64,000 nt of DNA from a virus: IMG/VR virus record IMGVR_UViG_3300028423_000356, positions 32,001-96,000 of that record; one strand, given 5' to 3'. Below, one piece after another: positions 48,865 to 59,673 of the stretch (position 1 is its first letter; every line of letters begins with the position of its first letter). A program made the position numbers and the translations under genes. The notes below the pieces were generated by a model. That model was not told the DNA's origin, made no database searches, and saw only the letters and a program-made list of their open reading frames with translations.

Positions 48865-50081
48865 TGAAATCTATTCAATATATGGGAAGTAAAAAATATC
48901 TATTATATTTTATAGAATATTGTATATGTAATTATATTGGAATACCATATTTTTCTAATGAAAAAGATATTTTGAACTACATTGAAGATAAAAATATTGA
49001 AGTGGATTCATACAGAAATGATTCTATGTCTATTAGTTCTTTTTTCGAAATGAGTAATGTATCTTTTTTTGATGTTTTTAGTGGTAGTGGTGTAGTTGCA
49101 AATCATTTTAGTGATTATTGTAAAGTTATTACAAATGATAAACAGGAATTTACTGATATTGTAATAAAATCATATATGATTAACACTAAATCTGAAGAAT
49201 ACTATAAACCATTTATTTCTGAATTGAATAAATTAGATGAGGATTATTATCAAAAAACAGACAAGTGGTATACTAAAAATTATGGCAGTGATGATATAAC
49301 ACCAGTTAGAAAAGATGGTAGTCGTGCCATATGGCAATATAAAAACTCTAAGAAAATTGATGCAATTCGTCACAAAATATCCGAATGGAAAAATAATAAT
49401 GTTATAAATGATATAGAAGAATGTGTGTTGTTATTTTATGTGATAATGTCTGTAAATAAGATATCAAACACATTGGGTCATCAAAATGGTTATTTAAAAG
49501 AATGGTCTGAAAAATCTTATAAAGATTTGATAATAGAAACATTTCCCTTAAAAACTAATCACAATTATAAACACGAATCATTCATAGGTGATATCTTTGA
49601 TAACCTAAGTAATATCAATTCTCTTGGTATCGATATTGCATATATTGATCCACCTTACGGAACAGATAATAAAAGACTTAAAGTTGCAACAAGGTATTCA
49701 TCCTTTTATCATTTATGGAATACATTAGTAACTAATGATAGACCTAAGTTGTTTGGTAAGGCAAATAAACCATTAAAAACAAAAGGTTTCACAGAACCAT
49801 TAGAAAAAAATGTTATCGAAACTGTAAAACCTAAATTTAAAGAATTAGTTTCTAATATTGATTGTAAATTAGTTGTCATATCATACTCAAATAAAGGGTT
49901 AATGAAAAAAGAAGATTTTAATGACATCTTAACAGAGTGTGGTTATAAGGACATAGTTTTCTATTCAACAAACCATAAAGTTAACGTTCAATCAAAATCT
50001 GCTAAAAAAGATGGTAAATATATTAACAGAGAAAAAACTGAACCACTGAAAGAATTAATAATTATAGCAAACAAAATATAA
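48864..50081 (+). CDS. DNA N6-adenine methyltransferase (D12 class, FokI-like)
   Basis: YMGSK; FDVFSGSG.V (motif I); AYIDPPY (motif IV); YSSFYH.W. Confidence 0.88.
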   Translation: MKSIQYMGSKKYLLYFIEYCICNYIGIPYFSNEKDILNYIEDKNIEVDSYRNDSMSISSFFEMSNVSFFDVFSGSGVVANHFSDYCKVITNDKQEFTDIVIKSYMINTKSEEYYKPFISELNKLDEDYYQKTDKWYTKNYGSDDITPVRKDGSRAIWQYKNSKKIDAIRHKISEWKNNNVINDIEECVLLFYVIMSVNKISNTLGHQNGYLKEWSEKSYKDLIIETFPLKTNHNYKHESFIGDIFDNLSNINSLGIDIAYIDPPYGTDNKRLKVATRYSSFYHLWNTLVTNDRPKLFGKANKPLKTKGFTEPLEKNVIETVKPKFKELVSNIDCKLVVISYSNKGLMKKEDFNDILTECGYKDIVFYSTNHKVNVQSKSAKKDGKYINREKTEPLKELIIIANKI

Positions 50082-50086
50082 AAAAT

Positions 50087-50545
50087 ATGGGGTATATTAT
50101 GAGGTTAGATGACGTGTTAAATGAATGGGAAATTGATTCTCAAATTGATAAAAGTGATTTGACTGAAGCATCAAGAGAAACACCTAAATTACATGCTAAG
50201 TATTTAAAAGTCTTATCACAAACAAAATTAAGATTAAAACAATCTGAAATGGACCAAAAGTCTCTATTGAAAAATAAATGGTTGTATTACAATGGTAAAA
50301 TGACTAAGGAACAAATGGATGAACTTGGATGGTCTTATGAGGATCCTTTAAATGGATTAAAAGTTTTAAAAGGTGATATGGACTATTACTATGATTCTGA
50401 CAAAGAAATTCAAGAGTCCGAATTAAAAATACAATATTATAAAAATATGGTAGAAACTCTTCAAGAAATAGTTGATAATTTAAAATGGAGACACCAAACA
50501 ATTAAAAATATGATTGAGTGGAAAAAGTTTGAAACTGGATATTAA
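50087..50545 (+). CDS. uvsY: Recombination mediator UvsY
   Basis: W..DS.ID...L......PKLHAKYL; KW.YY.GK; I...IEW.KF..G. Confidence 0.9.
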   Translation: MGYIMRLDDVLNEWEIDSQIDKSDLTEASRETPKLHAKYLKVLSQTKLRLKQSEMDQKSLLKNKWLYYNGKMTKEQMDELGWSYEDPLNGLKVLKGDMDYYYDSDKEIQESELKIQYYKNMVETLQEIVDNLKWRHQTIKNMIEWKKFETGY

Positions 50546-50558
50546 TATTTTTAACACA

Positions 50559-50566
50559 TATAAATA
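50559..50566 (+). promoter_or_regulatory. T4-type late promoter TATAAATA upstream of uvsW
   Basis: Exact consensus, intergenic. Confidence 0.7.
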
Positions 50567-50573
50567 ATTCCAT

Positions 50574-52091
50574 ATGACAAAAAAATATGGAAAAAATATG
50601 TGTGATATTAAAGTATATTTAAAAGATTATTCTATGTTATACGTAGATTGTGAACCAGGTATAGGTGCTGAATTAAGTGATTATTTTAGTTTCTATGTTC
50701 CTGGATATAAATTTATGCCCGCATACAAAAATAAGGTGTGGGATGGAAAAATACGTCTATTTAATAGAATGACGGGTGAACTTAATGCTGGTTTATTTGT
50801 ATATCTTTTGAAATATGCTAAATCTCGTAGTTATAAATTAGAACAAGTTAAAACTGAATATGGTTACCCTATTGTAAATGAACAAATTGATACAGAAGAC
50901 TTTAATGAATTCTTATATGAATTAAATTTACCATTTATGCCTTATGAATATCAGTATAATTCTATTATAAGGGGTATTAATCAAAATAGAGCAATATTAC
51001 TTTCACCAACAGGTTCAGGTAAATCTTTTATAATATATCTTTTATCACAATATTACTTAAGAAGAATAAAGGAACACAACGAAAAAGTTTTAATTGTTGT
51101 TCCAACAACATCTTTAGTTGAACAATTATCTTCTGACTTTATTAATGATTATAAAATGAATGATTATGATGAAAAGGTTCATAAAATTTATTCTGGTAAA
51201 GATAAAAATACAGATAAAGATATAGTTATTTCAACTTGGCAATCGATATATAAATTAGGTCCTAAGTGGTTTAAACAATTTGGTATGGTTATTGGTGATG
51301 AGTGTCATGGTTTTAAATCAAAATCTTTATCATCAATAATGAATAAATCAAATGAAGCAAAATATAGATTCGGATTAACAGGAACATTAGATGGAACACA
51401 AACCCACCAATTAGTTTTGGAAGGTTTGTTTGGTCCAGTATATGAAGTAACGAGAACAAAGGACTTACAGGAAGAAGGGACATTAGCACCTTTAGATATT
51501 AAAATTCCAGTTCTACAATATTCAAAAGAATTGAAAGATGAACTGAAAGGTTCTACCTATCAAAATGAAATAGATTTTTTATGTAAAAATGATAAACGTA
51601 ATAACTTTATTGCCAATCTAGCAGAATCAATGAATGGTAACACACTTGTCTTGTATAATTTTGTAGAAAAACATGGTAAACCTTTATATGACCTTATAAA
51701 TAGTAAAGTAAAGGAAGGTAGAAAAGTCTTTTTTGTATCAGGTGATGTTAATGTTGATGATAGAGAAACAATACGAAAAATAGTTGAAAAACAAAAAGAT
51801 GCCATTGTGGTTGCTTCCTTAGGAACATTTAGTACGGGTATCAACATCAAAAATCTTCACAATATTATTTTTGCTTCACCATCTAAATCACAGATTAAAG
51901 TTTTACAATCCATTGGTCGTGGTTTGAGACAATCGGAAAATGGGGCAACTACTGTTTTATATGATATAGTTGATGATTTATCAATGGGTAAACATAAAAA
52001 CTTTGCTTTAAAACACTCTGTGGAGAGGATTAAGATATACGAAAAACAAGAATTTAAATATAAAATGATAAAGGTTGACTTATATGAATAA
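50574..52091 (+). CDS. uvsW: DNA helicase UvsW
   Basis: VPGYKFMPAY...WDGKIRLF; SPTGSGKS; DECH; LQSIGRGLR. Confidence 0.96.
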   Translation: MTKKYGKNMCDIKVYLKDYSMLYVDCEPGIGAELSDYFSFYVPGYKFMPAYKNKVWDGKIRLFNRMTGELNAGLFVYLLKYAKSRSYKLEQVKTEYGYPIVNEQIDTEDFNEFLYELNLPFMPYEYQYNSIIRGINQNRAILLSPTGSGKSFIIYLLSQYYLRRIKEHNEKVLIVVPTTSLVEQLSSDFINDYKMNDYDEKVHKIYSGKDKNTDKDIVISTWQSIYKLGPKWFKQFGMVIGDECHGFKSKSLSSIMNKSNEAKYRFGLTGTLDGTQTHQLVLEGLFGPVYEVTRTKDLQEEGTLAPLDIKIPVLQYSKELKDELKGSTYQNEIDFLCKNDKRNNFIANLAESMNGNTLVLYNFVEKHGKPLYDLINSKVKEGRKVFFVSGDVNVDDRETIRKIVEKQKDAIVVASLGTFSTGINIKNLHNIIFASPSKSQIKVLQSIGRGLRQSENGATTVLYDIVDDLSMGKHKNFALKHSVERIKIYEKQEFKYKMIKVDLYE

Positions 52092-52506
52092 TAAAATTGT
52101 TTACTTAACACAACTAAAACTTGTGACTGGTGAGGAGATTATATGTGAAATAGTAAAAAGAAACTATTTAAAAAATGAGATATGTATTAAATCTGCTATG
52201 TGTCTTATAAAGAAAGTGAACGAAGAAGGATTTCCATATTACGTATTTGTTCCATTTATGGTTCATCAATGTTCTAAAAATTCAATTGTTCATTTGAAAA
52301 GAAATGCTATTATATCCCAATCAAGTCCAACAAAAATTATGATGGAAACATATAAAAGATATGTTTTTCAAGAGTATCAACAATCTGAATTACGTGAAGC
52401 AATGACAGATGATATAATAGAACAGATTAAAAATACTGTTGATAAAAAAAATAATGATAAATATGATTTAGAAAATTATGACTTTGGAAATCAGAAAAAA
52501 AATTAA
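52075..52506 (+). CDS. Conserved T4-like hypothetical protein (Sm-like fold suspected)
   Basis: LKLVTGEEIICEI; position between uvsW and gp55. Confidence 0.6.
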   Translation: MTYMNNKIVYLTQLKLVTGEEIICEIVKRNYLKNEICIKSAMCLIKKVNEEGFPYYVFVPFMVHQCSKNSIVHLKRNAIISQSSPTKIMMETYKRYVFQEYQQSELREAMTDDIIEQIKNTVDKKNNDKYDLENYDFGNQKKN

Positions 52507-52577
52507 ATTCATCAAAATGCCTTGAATATCGATTCAAATAACACTATAATACAGTGTATAATATTAAAGGAGAAACG

Positions 52578-52766
52578 ATGTACACTTTGAATGAATTTGC
52601 ACATATGGTATCTTTATCACTAGATAAATCTTTAGATAGATACAAACAAATACATAAAATAAAACAAATAATAAATAAAACTTCACAAAAATCACTATCA
52701 AATGATAGAGATACAATTGATGAAATTTTAAATATTCTTTATGAAAAATATAACTTTAGGGGTTGA
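52578..52766 (+). CDS. Small hypothetical protein
   Basis: RBS aaggag before ATG 52578; own sigma70-like promoter at ~52522. Confidence 0.55.
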   Translation: MYTLNEFAHMVSLSLDKSLDRYKQIHKIKQIINKTSQKSLSNDRDTIDEILNILYEKYNFRG

Positions 52767-52791
52767 CAAATGGTATTTTTCAGCCTATATT
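52763..52791 (+). promoter_or_regulatory. Sigma70-type early promoter for gp55
   Basis: TTGACA-17 nt-TATATT. Confidence 0.75.
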
Positions 52792-52823
52792 ATTAATACG
52801 ATATATACACAAGGAATTTTATA

Positions 52824-53444
52824 ATGGGTAGAAAATCTAATAGAGCAGAAATACATTACGTTAATAACAAACAATTTTCACAAGCTGTTATGGATTATGT
52901 TATAGAATGTAACAAATGTAAGGAAGATGGTAAAGAAATACCAGTAGTTACAAATTATATTGCGGATTGTTTTCTAAGAATTGCTGAAGGTCTTTCACAT
53001 AGACCGAATTTTATTAGATACACATATCGTGAAGAAATGGTTATGGACGCAGTAGAAAATTGTTTAAAGGCGATTAAAAACTATAACATAGAAGCAGCAA
53101 CAAGAACTGGAAATCCAAATGCTTTTGCATATTTTACACAAATTACACACTTTGCTTTTTTAAGAAGAATTGAGAAAGAAAAGAAACAAGCAGATGTGAA
53201 AGATAGGTATCTTTCCCAAGCAGGTATTGAATCATTTATTTCAACAACAGACACAACTGACAATAACGTAGTTCAACATTTTGTAGATGAATTGAGAGAT
53301 AGAATTGATAAAGTTAAAGAAAGAGATGAAGAAGTAAAAGAATATGTAAAAGAAGAAAAAAAGGTTAATAAATCCAATAAAAACAAAAAAAAGAAAAAGA
53401 TTTTAACTAATAGTGATTCTGATTTAGATGATTTTATTAGTTGA
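52824..53444 (+). CDS. gp55: Late-transcription sigma factor gp55
   Basis: HYVNNK.F; YIADCFLRIAEGLSHRPNFIRYTYREEMV.D.VENC; NAFAYFTQI..FAFLRRI.KEK.Q. Confidence 0.96.
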   Translation: MGRKSNRAEIHYVNNKQFSQAVMDYVIECNKCKEDGKEIPVVTNYIADCFLRIAEGLSHRPNFIRYTYREEMVMDAVENCLKAIKNYNIEAATRTGNPNAFAYFTQITHFAFLRRIEKEKKQADVKDRYLSQAGIESFISTTDTTDNNVVQHFVDELRDRIDKVKERDEEVKEYVKEEKKVNKSNKNKKKKKILTNSDSDLDDFIS

Positions 53445-53458
53445 TAATGAGGTGAATA

Positions 53459-54520
53459 ATGAAAATTGCAATAATTAATGATACACATTGTGGTATACGT
53501 AATTCTTCTGATATTTTTATAGATAATGCTGAAGAGTTTTACGAAAAAATATTTTTTCCTTATTTAAAAGAAAATAATATTAAACATATATTACATCTTG
53601 GTGATTATTTTGATAATAGAAAGTATATAAACTTTAAAGCACTTAACCGTAACAGACATCACTTCTTAAATGTTTTGAGGAGTGAAAATATCACTATGGA
53701 TATTATATGTGGTAATCATGATACATTTTATAAGAATACTAATGATTTGAATAGTTTGAAAGAATTATTGGGACATTATATGAATGAAGTTAATATTATT
53801 CATAAACCCACTGTTATGGAATATGGTTCATTGAAAATGGGGTTAATCCCTTGGATAAATAAAGAAAATGAAGAAGAGTCTATGAACTTCATAAAGAAAG
53901 CGAAATGTACTCATATAGGTGGACATTTTGATATAACAGGTTCATTGATGATGAAAGGTGTTACTTGTGACCATGGGTTAGATCCTGAAATCTTTAAAAG
54001 ATATGAAATGGTATTGTCAGGTCATTTTCATACTAAATCAACAAATAACAACATTTATTATTTGGGTTCACAATTTGAATTTTATTGGAATGATGCACAC
54101 GATAATAAATACTTTCATATTTTAGACACAGAAACTGGTGAATTAGAAGAAGTTAGAAACACTATAACACTATTTCATAAAATATATTATGATGATTCTA
54201 AAAATAATTATTTGGAGTATGACTTATCACAATTAGATAACAAATTTGTTAAAATACAAGTTATTAATAAAAGTGACCAGTTTACTTTTGATAGATTTGT
54301 TGATTTAGTTCAATCAAGAAGTATTTTAGAACTTAAAATAGCAGAAAACTTTCAAGAGTTTATTGGAGAAAATGTGGGTGATTCAGATATATCGGTTGAA
54401 GACACATCAGATTTGTTGAATACATATATTGAATCAGTTGATACACCTTTAGATAAGGAACGTATTAAAAAACAAATGAATGAATTAATGATTGAAGCTC
54501 AAAGTGTGGAAATATTATGA
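53459..54520 (+). CDS. gp47: Recombination endonuclease subunit gp47 (Mre11/SbcD-like)
   Basis: DTHCG; HLGDYFD; GNHD; SGHFH. Confidence 0.95.
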   Translation: MKIAIINDTHCGIRNSSDIFIDNAEEFYEKIFFPYLKENNIKHILHLGDYFDNRKYINFKALNRNRHHFLNVLRSENITMDIICGNHDTFYKNTNDLNSLKELLGHYMNEVNIIHKPTVMEYGSLKMGLIPWINKENEEESMNFIKKAKCTHIGGHFDITGSLMMKGVTCDHGLDPEIFKRYEMVLSGHFHTKSTNNNIYYLGSQFEFYWNDAHDNKYFHILDTETGELEEVRNTITLFHKIYYDDSKNNYLEYDLSQLDNKFVKIQVINKSDQFTFDRFVDLVQSRSILELKIAENFQEFIGENVGDSDISVEDTSDLLNTYIESVDTPLDKERIKKQMNELMIEAQSVEIL

Positions 54521-56229
54521 TTAAATTTACAAAATTAAGATACAAAAACTTTTTAAGTTCTGGAAACAGTTTTACTGAAATAGATTTCTCAAAATCACCC
54601 ACTACTTTAGTTGTGGGACATAACGGTTCAGGTAAATCAACTTTATTGGATGCTATTGCCTTTGGATTATTTGGAAAGGCGTATCGTTCAATAAGTAAAA
54701 ATCAATTGGTTAATAGTATAAACAAAAAAGATACTGTTGTTGAAATATCATTTAGCGTTTCAGGTTCTGATTATACGGTTAGACGTGGTATAAAACCAAA
54801 TATATTTGAAATATATCGTAACGGTGAAATGATGAATCAATCATCACATTCTAAAGAATATCAAAAAATACTTGAACAGAATATCCTTAAATTAAACCAT
54901 AAAAGTTTTCATCAAATAGTGGTGTTGGGTTCATCTTCTTTCATACCATTTATGCAGTTGAATAACAATCATAGAAGAGAAGTTATTGAAGATCTTTTAG
55001 ACATAAATGTTTTTTCTAAAATGAATAATATAATGAAAGAAAAACAAAGTATGTTGAAAGAAGATATAAAAGAATTGAATAATAATATATCTCTATATGA
55101 TACTAAGATAATGAGTCAGAAAAAGTATATTAATGACATTAAATCTATAAATGCTACTGAAAAGGATAAAAAATATTCACTTATTGAAGAATATAATATA
55201 GAAATAGAGAAATTACAAAATAGAAATATAGAACTAAGTGAGTATATTAGAAATAATCAACCAGATGTTGAAAAAAATAAAGAGATTAAGGAAAAGAGAC
55301 TAAAAGATTTAAATAACTTTAAGACTAAATTTAATAGTGATGTTAAAAGAGTTGTTAAAGATGTTGAATTCTTTAATAAGAATGAATCTTGTCCTTCTTG
55401 TAAACAAAATATATCTGAAGACTTGAGAGATAATAAGATAAATGAATATAAAGATAAATCTAAAGAACTCAAAAAAGCAATAGACGATGTTGAAGTCGAA
55501 ATAAACAAAACTGATGTTGATTTGAAAGAGATATTATTAAATATTGAAGAGATACGTAAATGTCAAAATGAAATCAATACAAATAATGTTTCAATAAAAC
55601 AATATCAAGATTCTATTGATAGGACACAACAAGATATTGATAAGTTATCTGAAGCGACGGACTTAAATTCATCCATTGAAGAACTTGAAGAATTAGAAAA
55701 CAACAAAGATTCTATGACAGAGAAGAAGTTAACTTTAAATGAACAATTCAATTATAATATGGTTATTGGTGAAATGTTAAAAGACACTGGTATAAAAACT
55801 AAAATAGTAAAACAATATATACCTGTAATTAACAATTTTGTTAACAATTATTTACAAACTTTAGATTTCTTTGTTCAGTTTCATTTGGATGAGAATTTTC
55901 AAGAGACTATTAAATCAAGATATAGAGATACATTTTCATATGCATCTTTTTCTGAAGGTGAAAAACAAAGAATAGATTTGGCGTTATTATTCACTTGGAG
56001 ACATATTGCAAAAATGAAAAATTCAGTTGCAACTAATCTTCTTATATTAGATGAGACATTTGATTCATCGTTAGATGATGAAGGTATAGATAATCTATTG
56101 AAAATAGTTCAATCTCTTGGGGATGATACTAATGTCTTTATAATATCACATAAAGGTGATATATTAGACAATAAGTTTACAAGTAAGATTGAATTTTACA
56201 AAGATAAAAACTTCTCAAAAATGAGATAA
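54517..56229 (+). CDS. gp46: Recombination endonuclease subunit gp46 (Rad50/SbcC-like)
   Basis: GHNGSGKST; CPSC zinc hook; FSEGEK signature; LILDE. Confidence 0.96.
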   Translation: MIKFTKLRYKNFLSSGNSFTEIDFSKSPTTLVVGHNGSGKSTLLDAIAFGLFGKAYRSISKNQLVNSINKKDTVVEISFSVSGSDYTVRRGIKPNIFEIYRNGEMMNQSSHSKEYQKILEQNILKLNHKSFHQIVVLGSSSFIPFMQLNNNHRREVIEDLLDINVFSKMNNIMKEKQSMLKEDIKELNNNISLYDTKIMSQKKYINDIKSINATEKDKKYSLIEEYNIEIEKLQNRNIELSEYIRNNQPDVEKNKEIKEKRLKDLNNFKTKFNSDVKRVVKDVEFFNKNESCPSCKQNISEDLRDNKINEYKDKSKELKKAIDDVEVEINKTDVDLKEILLNIEEIRKCQNEINTNNVSIKQYQDSIDRTQQDIDKLSEATDLNSSIEELEELENNKDSMTEKKLTLNEQFNYNMVIGEMLKDTGIKTKIVKQYIPVINNFVNNYLQTLDFFVQFHLDENFQETIKSRYRDTFSYASFSEGEKQRIDLALLFTWRHIAKMKNSVATNLLILDETFDSSLDDEGIDNLLKIVQSLGDDTNVFIISHKGDILDNKFTSKIEFYKDKNFSKMR

Positions 56230-56245
56230 ATTTTTACATTTACTA

Positions 56246-56274
56246 TTGACAATAGTAATGTGACATACTATATT
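56246..56274 (+). promoter_or_regulatory. Sigma70-type early promoter for gp45
   Basis: TTGACA-17 nt-TATATT; -35 box inside a 9-bp inverted repeat. Confidence 0.75.
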
Positions 56275-56304
56275 AATATTATAAACTTAATTATGAGGTA
56301 AATT

Positions 56305-56967
56305 ATGGAATTAAATAACACAGTTTTAAATATATTAAAGAACTTTGCTAGTATAAATTCAAGCATTGTTTTTAATGAGGGTAATGAAATTAAAACAATT
56401 TCAGAAGCAAGAAATATACTTGCATCTGCTCAAATTGAGCAAGAATTCCCACAACAGTTTGGTATATATGACTTAAATGAGTTTTTAAGTGTATTGAGTT
56501 TGGTTGATAGACCAAGACTTAAATTTGAAGAAAACTATTTATTGATAGGTGATCAATCAGGTCGTTCTAAGATTAAATACTTTTTTACAGATGTTGATAT
56601 GTTAGTAAACCCACCATCAAGTATGAATATGCCTGAACCTGATTTAACATTTGAATTATCAAGTGAAACAATGGGAAAAATTAAAAAGGCTGCATCAGCT
56701 CTAGGTCATAGTGATTTAGTTATAAGACCAGGTATTTCATTATCAGTGTGTGACATTGAAAATAACACATCAAACACCTTTTCTATTGATATTGATGGTG
56801 AATCATCTATTGATAATTTCACTGCAGTTATATCAATTGAAAACCTTAAACTAATTTCTTCAAACTATACAGTGGAGATATCATCTAAAAATATTGCAAA
56901 GTTTACAGACAATGATAATAATCTTGTTTACTACATAGCATTAGAAAAAACATCAATATGGAGTTAA
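56305..56967 (+). CDS. gp45: Sliding clamp gp45
   Basis: ILKNFASIN.SI; FGIYDLNEFL; YYIALE. Confidence 0.95.
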   Translation: MELNNTVLNILKNFASINSSIVFNEGNEIKTISEARNILASAQIEQEFPQQFGIYDLNEFLSVLSLVDRPRLKFEENYLLIGDQSGRSKIKYFFTDVDMLVNPPSSMNMPEPDLTFELSSETMGKIKKAASALGHSDLVIRPGISLSVCDIENNTSNTFSIDIDGESSIDNFTAVISIENLKLISSNYTVEISSKNIAKFTDNDNNLVYYIALEKTSIWS

Positions 56968-56970
56968 ATT

Positions 56971-57237
56971 ATGAATAAAGAATTTTTAGACACATCAAAT
57001 AAAGTATTTCGTCAAACAATTATGATTATAGATGCACTCACACAAAGAGGATCATTTAAAGGTGAAGAGTTATCAACTATTGGTAATCTTAGAGACGCTT
57101 GTAATCAGTTATCTCAAGCAATTGATAATTATGAAGCAGAAGTTGCATCACAAGTATCAGACGAACAATTAAGTGAACTAGAAAGTGAGAATATTACAGA
57201 AAATGTAAAGGGTAATACTTCTTCATCACTATCTTAA
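56971..57237 (+). CDS. Hypothetical protein
   Basis: IIDALTQRGSFKGEELSTIG.LRD; between gp45 and gp44. Confidence 0.7.
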   Translation: MNKEFLDTSNKVFRQTIMIIDALTQRGSFKGEELSTIGNLRDACNQLSQAIDNYEAEVASQVSDEQLSELESENITENVKGNTSSSLS

Positions 57238-57251
57238 TTGATATAACATTA

Positions 57252-57283
57252 AATAGAATAGTGGGAAAACCTACTATTCTATT
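57252..57283 (+). terminator. Long hairpin, probable terminator or processing site
   Basis: aatagaatagtggg-aaaa-cctactattctatt (14-bp stem, one G-U). Confidence 0.6.
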
Positions 57284-57350
57284 ATAACAACTATTGATTT
57301 TATACAAAATAAAGACTATATTATAATTATATTATGAAAAGGAACACAAT

Positions 57351-58286
57351 ATGAGTAATGACTTTCTATGGGTTGAAAAATACAGACCTACCAAAGTTGA
57401 AGAAACAATTTTACCAAAAAGATTGAAATCTGTATTCACAAAAATGATTAAGGATGGTGAAATACCAAACATGATGTTTTCTGGTTCCGCTGGAACAGGT
57501 AAAACCACTGTCGCTAAAGCATTATGTAATGAATTACAATTGGATTATATAGTAATAAATGCTTCCGAATCAGGAAACATTGACACTCTTAGAGGTAAGA
57601 TAAAACAGTTTGCTTCATCTGTTTCTTTGTCAGGTGGTATTAAAGTTGTTATACTTGATGAGGCTGATTATCTAAATCCCCAATCAACACAACCAGCATT
57701 ACGTGGGTTTATAGAAGAATTTGCCAACAATTGTAGATTTATTATGACCTGTAACTTTAAAAATAGGATAATAGAACCACTTCATTCAAGATGTTCAGTA
57801 TATGATTTTTCTTTAACTAAGAAAGAGAAGGCTGAAATGGCAGCTGAATTCTTTAAAAGATTCACTAAAATATTGGATAATGAGGAAGTTGAATACAATC
57901 AACAAAGTATTGTCAATCTCGTTATGAAACACGCACCAGATTGGAGACGTGTTTTAAATGAAGGTCAAAGACTCTCTAACGGTGAACACGGTATACATGA
58001 TTCTGATTCAGGTTTTATAACTAATTTTGACACATTATCAAAATCATTAAAGGAAAAGAACTTTAAAGATATGCGTTCTTGGGTTGCTCAAAATGTTGAT
58101 TTGGATGCAACTGCTATATTCCGTGGGATATATGATAATATGAATAAATATGTTCAACCTAATTCTATTCCACAATTAGTTCTAATACTTGCTGATTATC
58201 AATACAAAGATGTATTTGTTGCAGACAAAGAACTAAACACGGTGGCTTGTTTAACAGAAATTATGGCACAAATACAATTTAAGTGA
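57351..58286 (+). CDS. gp44: Clamp loader large subunit gp44
   Basis: LWVEKYRP; GSAGTGKTT; ILDEADYL; PLHSRC. Confidence 0.96.
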   Translation: MSNDFLWVEKYRPTKVEETILPKRLKSVFTKMIKDGEIPNMMFSGSAGTGKTTVAKALCNELQLDYIVINASESGNIDTLRGKIKQFASSVSLSGGIKVVILDEADYLNPQSTQPALRGFIEEFANNCRFIMTCNFKNRIIEPLHSRCSVYDFSLTKKEKAEMAAEFFKRFTKILDNEEVEYNQQSIVNLVMKHAPDWRRVLNEGQRLSNGEHGIHDSDSGFITNFDTLSKSLKEKNFKDMRSWVAQNVDLDATAIFRGIYDNMNKYVQPNSIPQLVLILADYQYKDVFVADKELNTVACLTEIMAQIQFK

Positions 58287-58294
58287 GGTTATAG

Positions 58295-58900
58295 ATGAAA
58301 AATGAATGTTTAATATATGATTTTGAAACACTCGGTGAATCAAAAAATTGTGCTGTAGTTTGTTTGGCAATGTATAAGTTTAGTGAAGAAAACTATATAA
58401 AAAATCCATATAACTTTAAAGATGTTGTTAGTGATACTATTATGGTGAAATTCAATATTGAAGAACAAGTTGAAAAATATAATAGAGTTATTGAAAAAGG
58501 AACATTAGAATGGTGGGGTAAATTACCAAAAGATGTAAAAAAACTTTTAAACCCAAATTATGATGATATCAGTATAAGTTGGTTATGGGATATTGTATCT
58601 AATTACATTTCGGATATGGATATTAAAAAAGTTTATACGAGAGGTAATGCTTATGATCCAATTATAATGGAAAATATATTTTATCAAACTGGATATGGTG
58701 TCCCTTACCCTTGGTGGTGTATTAGGGATACTCGTTCTACATTAGACGGTTTATTGTGGAATACTGGAATTAAAAATACATTTATTGTTGAAGAATGTAA
58801 AGATGAATTTATTCCACACAATCCTAAACATGATATTGCAATGGATGTTATGAGAATACAAAAGGTTGTTCAAGAATTATATGGAGATAGTTATGACTAA
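58295..58900 (+). CDS. DEDD 3'-5' exonuclease (DexA-like)
   Basis: IYDFETLG; RGNAYD..I; PWW.IRDTRS; HNPKHDIAMD. Confidence 0.8.
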   Translation: MKNECLIYDFETLGESKNCAVVCLAMYKFSEENYIKNPYNFKDVVSDTIMVKFNIEEQVEKYNRVIEKGTLEWWGKLPKDVKKLLNPNYDDISISWLWDIVSNYISDMDIKKVYTRGNAYDPIIMENIFYQTGYGVPYPWWCIRDTRSTLDGLLWNTGIKNTFIVEECKDEFIPHNPKHDIAMDVMRIQKVVQELYGDSYD

Positions 58901-59279
58901 ATATACTCCCTTCGATTTTTTAAAAGATATAAACTATGATAAGAAAAACCTAATAGTTGATGATATTACTGAAAAACAATATAATAGTTTTATGATTAAT
59001 CGTGCTCTATCGTATTTTAGAGACACAGTTGAATGCGCAAATTTAATAAACCAATATAGTCATTTAGATAATAAATTGCAAAATGATTTTCTTATAAATA
59101 TTATAAGAAGACGGAAGAGATTCTCCAAGTGGGAAAAACAGAAGTTGGATAATGATATTGAAGTTGTGAAAGAATATTATGGCTATAGTAATGATAAGGC
59201 TAAACAAATTCTGGATCTGCTTTCTGAAGAACAAATAAAAACAATAAAGAAGAAGGTTGATAAAGGTGGAAGAAGATAA
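58893..59279 (+). CDS. gp62: Clamp loader small subunit gp62
   Basis: PFDFLK.IN; Y.SFMINRALSYF.D; VKEYYGYS..KA; RBS ggag before ATG 58893. Confidence 0.92.
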   Translation: MTKYTPFDFLKDINYDKKNLIVDDITEKQYNSFMINRALSYFRDTVECANLINQYSHLDNKLQNDFLINIIRRRKRFSKWEKQKLDNDIEVVKEYYGYSNDKAKQILDLLSEEQIKTIKKKVDKGGRR

Positions 59280-59673
59280 TATAATAAAATGGTCTCCAGA
59301 AACTATGTTAGAAATAAGATTAAATGAACCTGATGATTTCTTGAAGGTTCGTGAAACTCTAACACGTATTGGTGTAGCTTCTCGTAAAGACAATAAATTA
59401 TTTCAATCTTGTCATATTTTACATAAACAGGGTAGATATTTTATTGTTCATTTTAAAGAGTTATTTTTACTTGATGGTAAAAAGTCAAATTTGGAAATGA
59501 ATGATGTTGCAAGACGTAACACTATTGCTACGTTATTAAGTGATTGGGGTTTATTTGATATTGTTTCTAGTAACGTATCTCCAACTGCGGAGATTAGACA
59601 AATAAAAATTATACCATTTAAAGAAAAGAAAAATTGGGAATTAATACCTAAATATAACATAGGTAATAATTAA
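59257..59673 (+). CDS. regA: Translational repressor RegA
   Basis: EPDDFLKVRETLTRIGVASRK...LFQSCHILHKQGRYFIVHFKELFLLDG; start may be GTG at 59266. Confidence 0.97.
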   Translation: MIKVEEDNIIKWSPETMLEIRLNEPDDFLKVRETLTRIGVASRKDNKLFQSCHILHKQGRYFIVHFKELFLLDGKKSNLEMNDVARRNTIATLLSDWGLFDIVSSNVSPTAEIRQIKIIPFKEKKNWELIPKYNIGNN

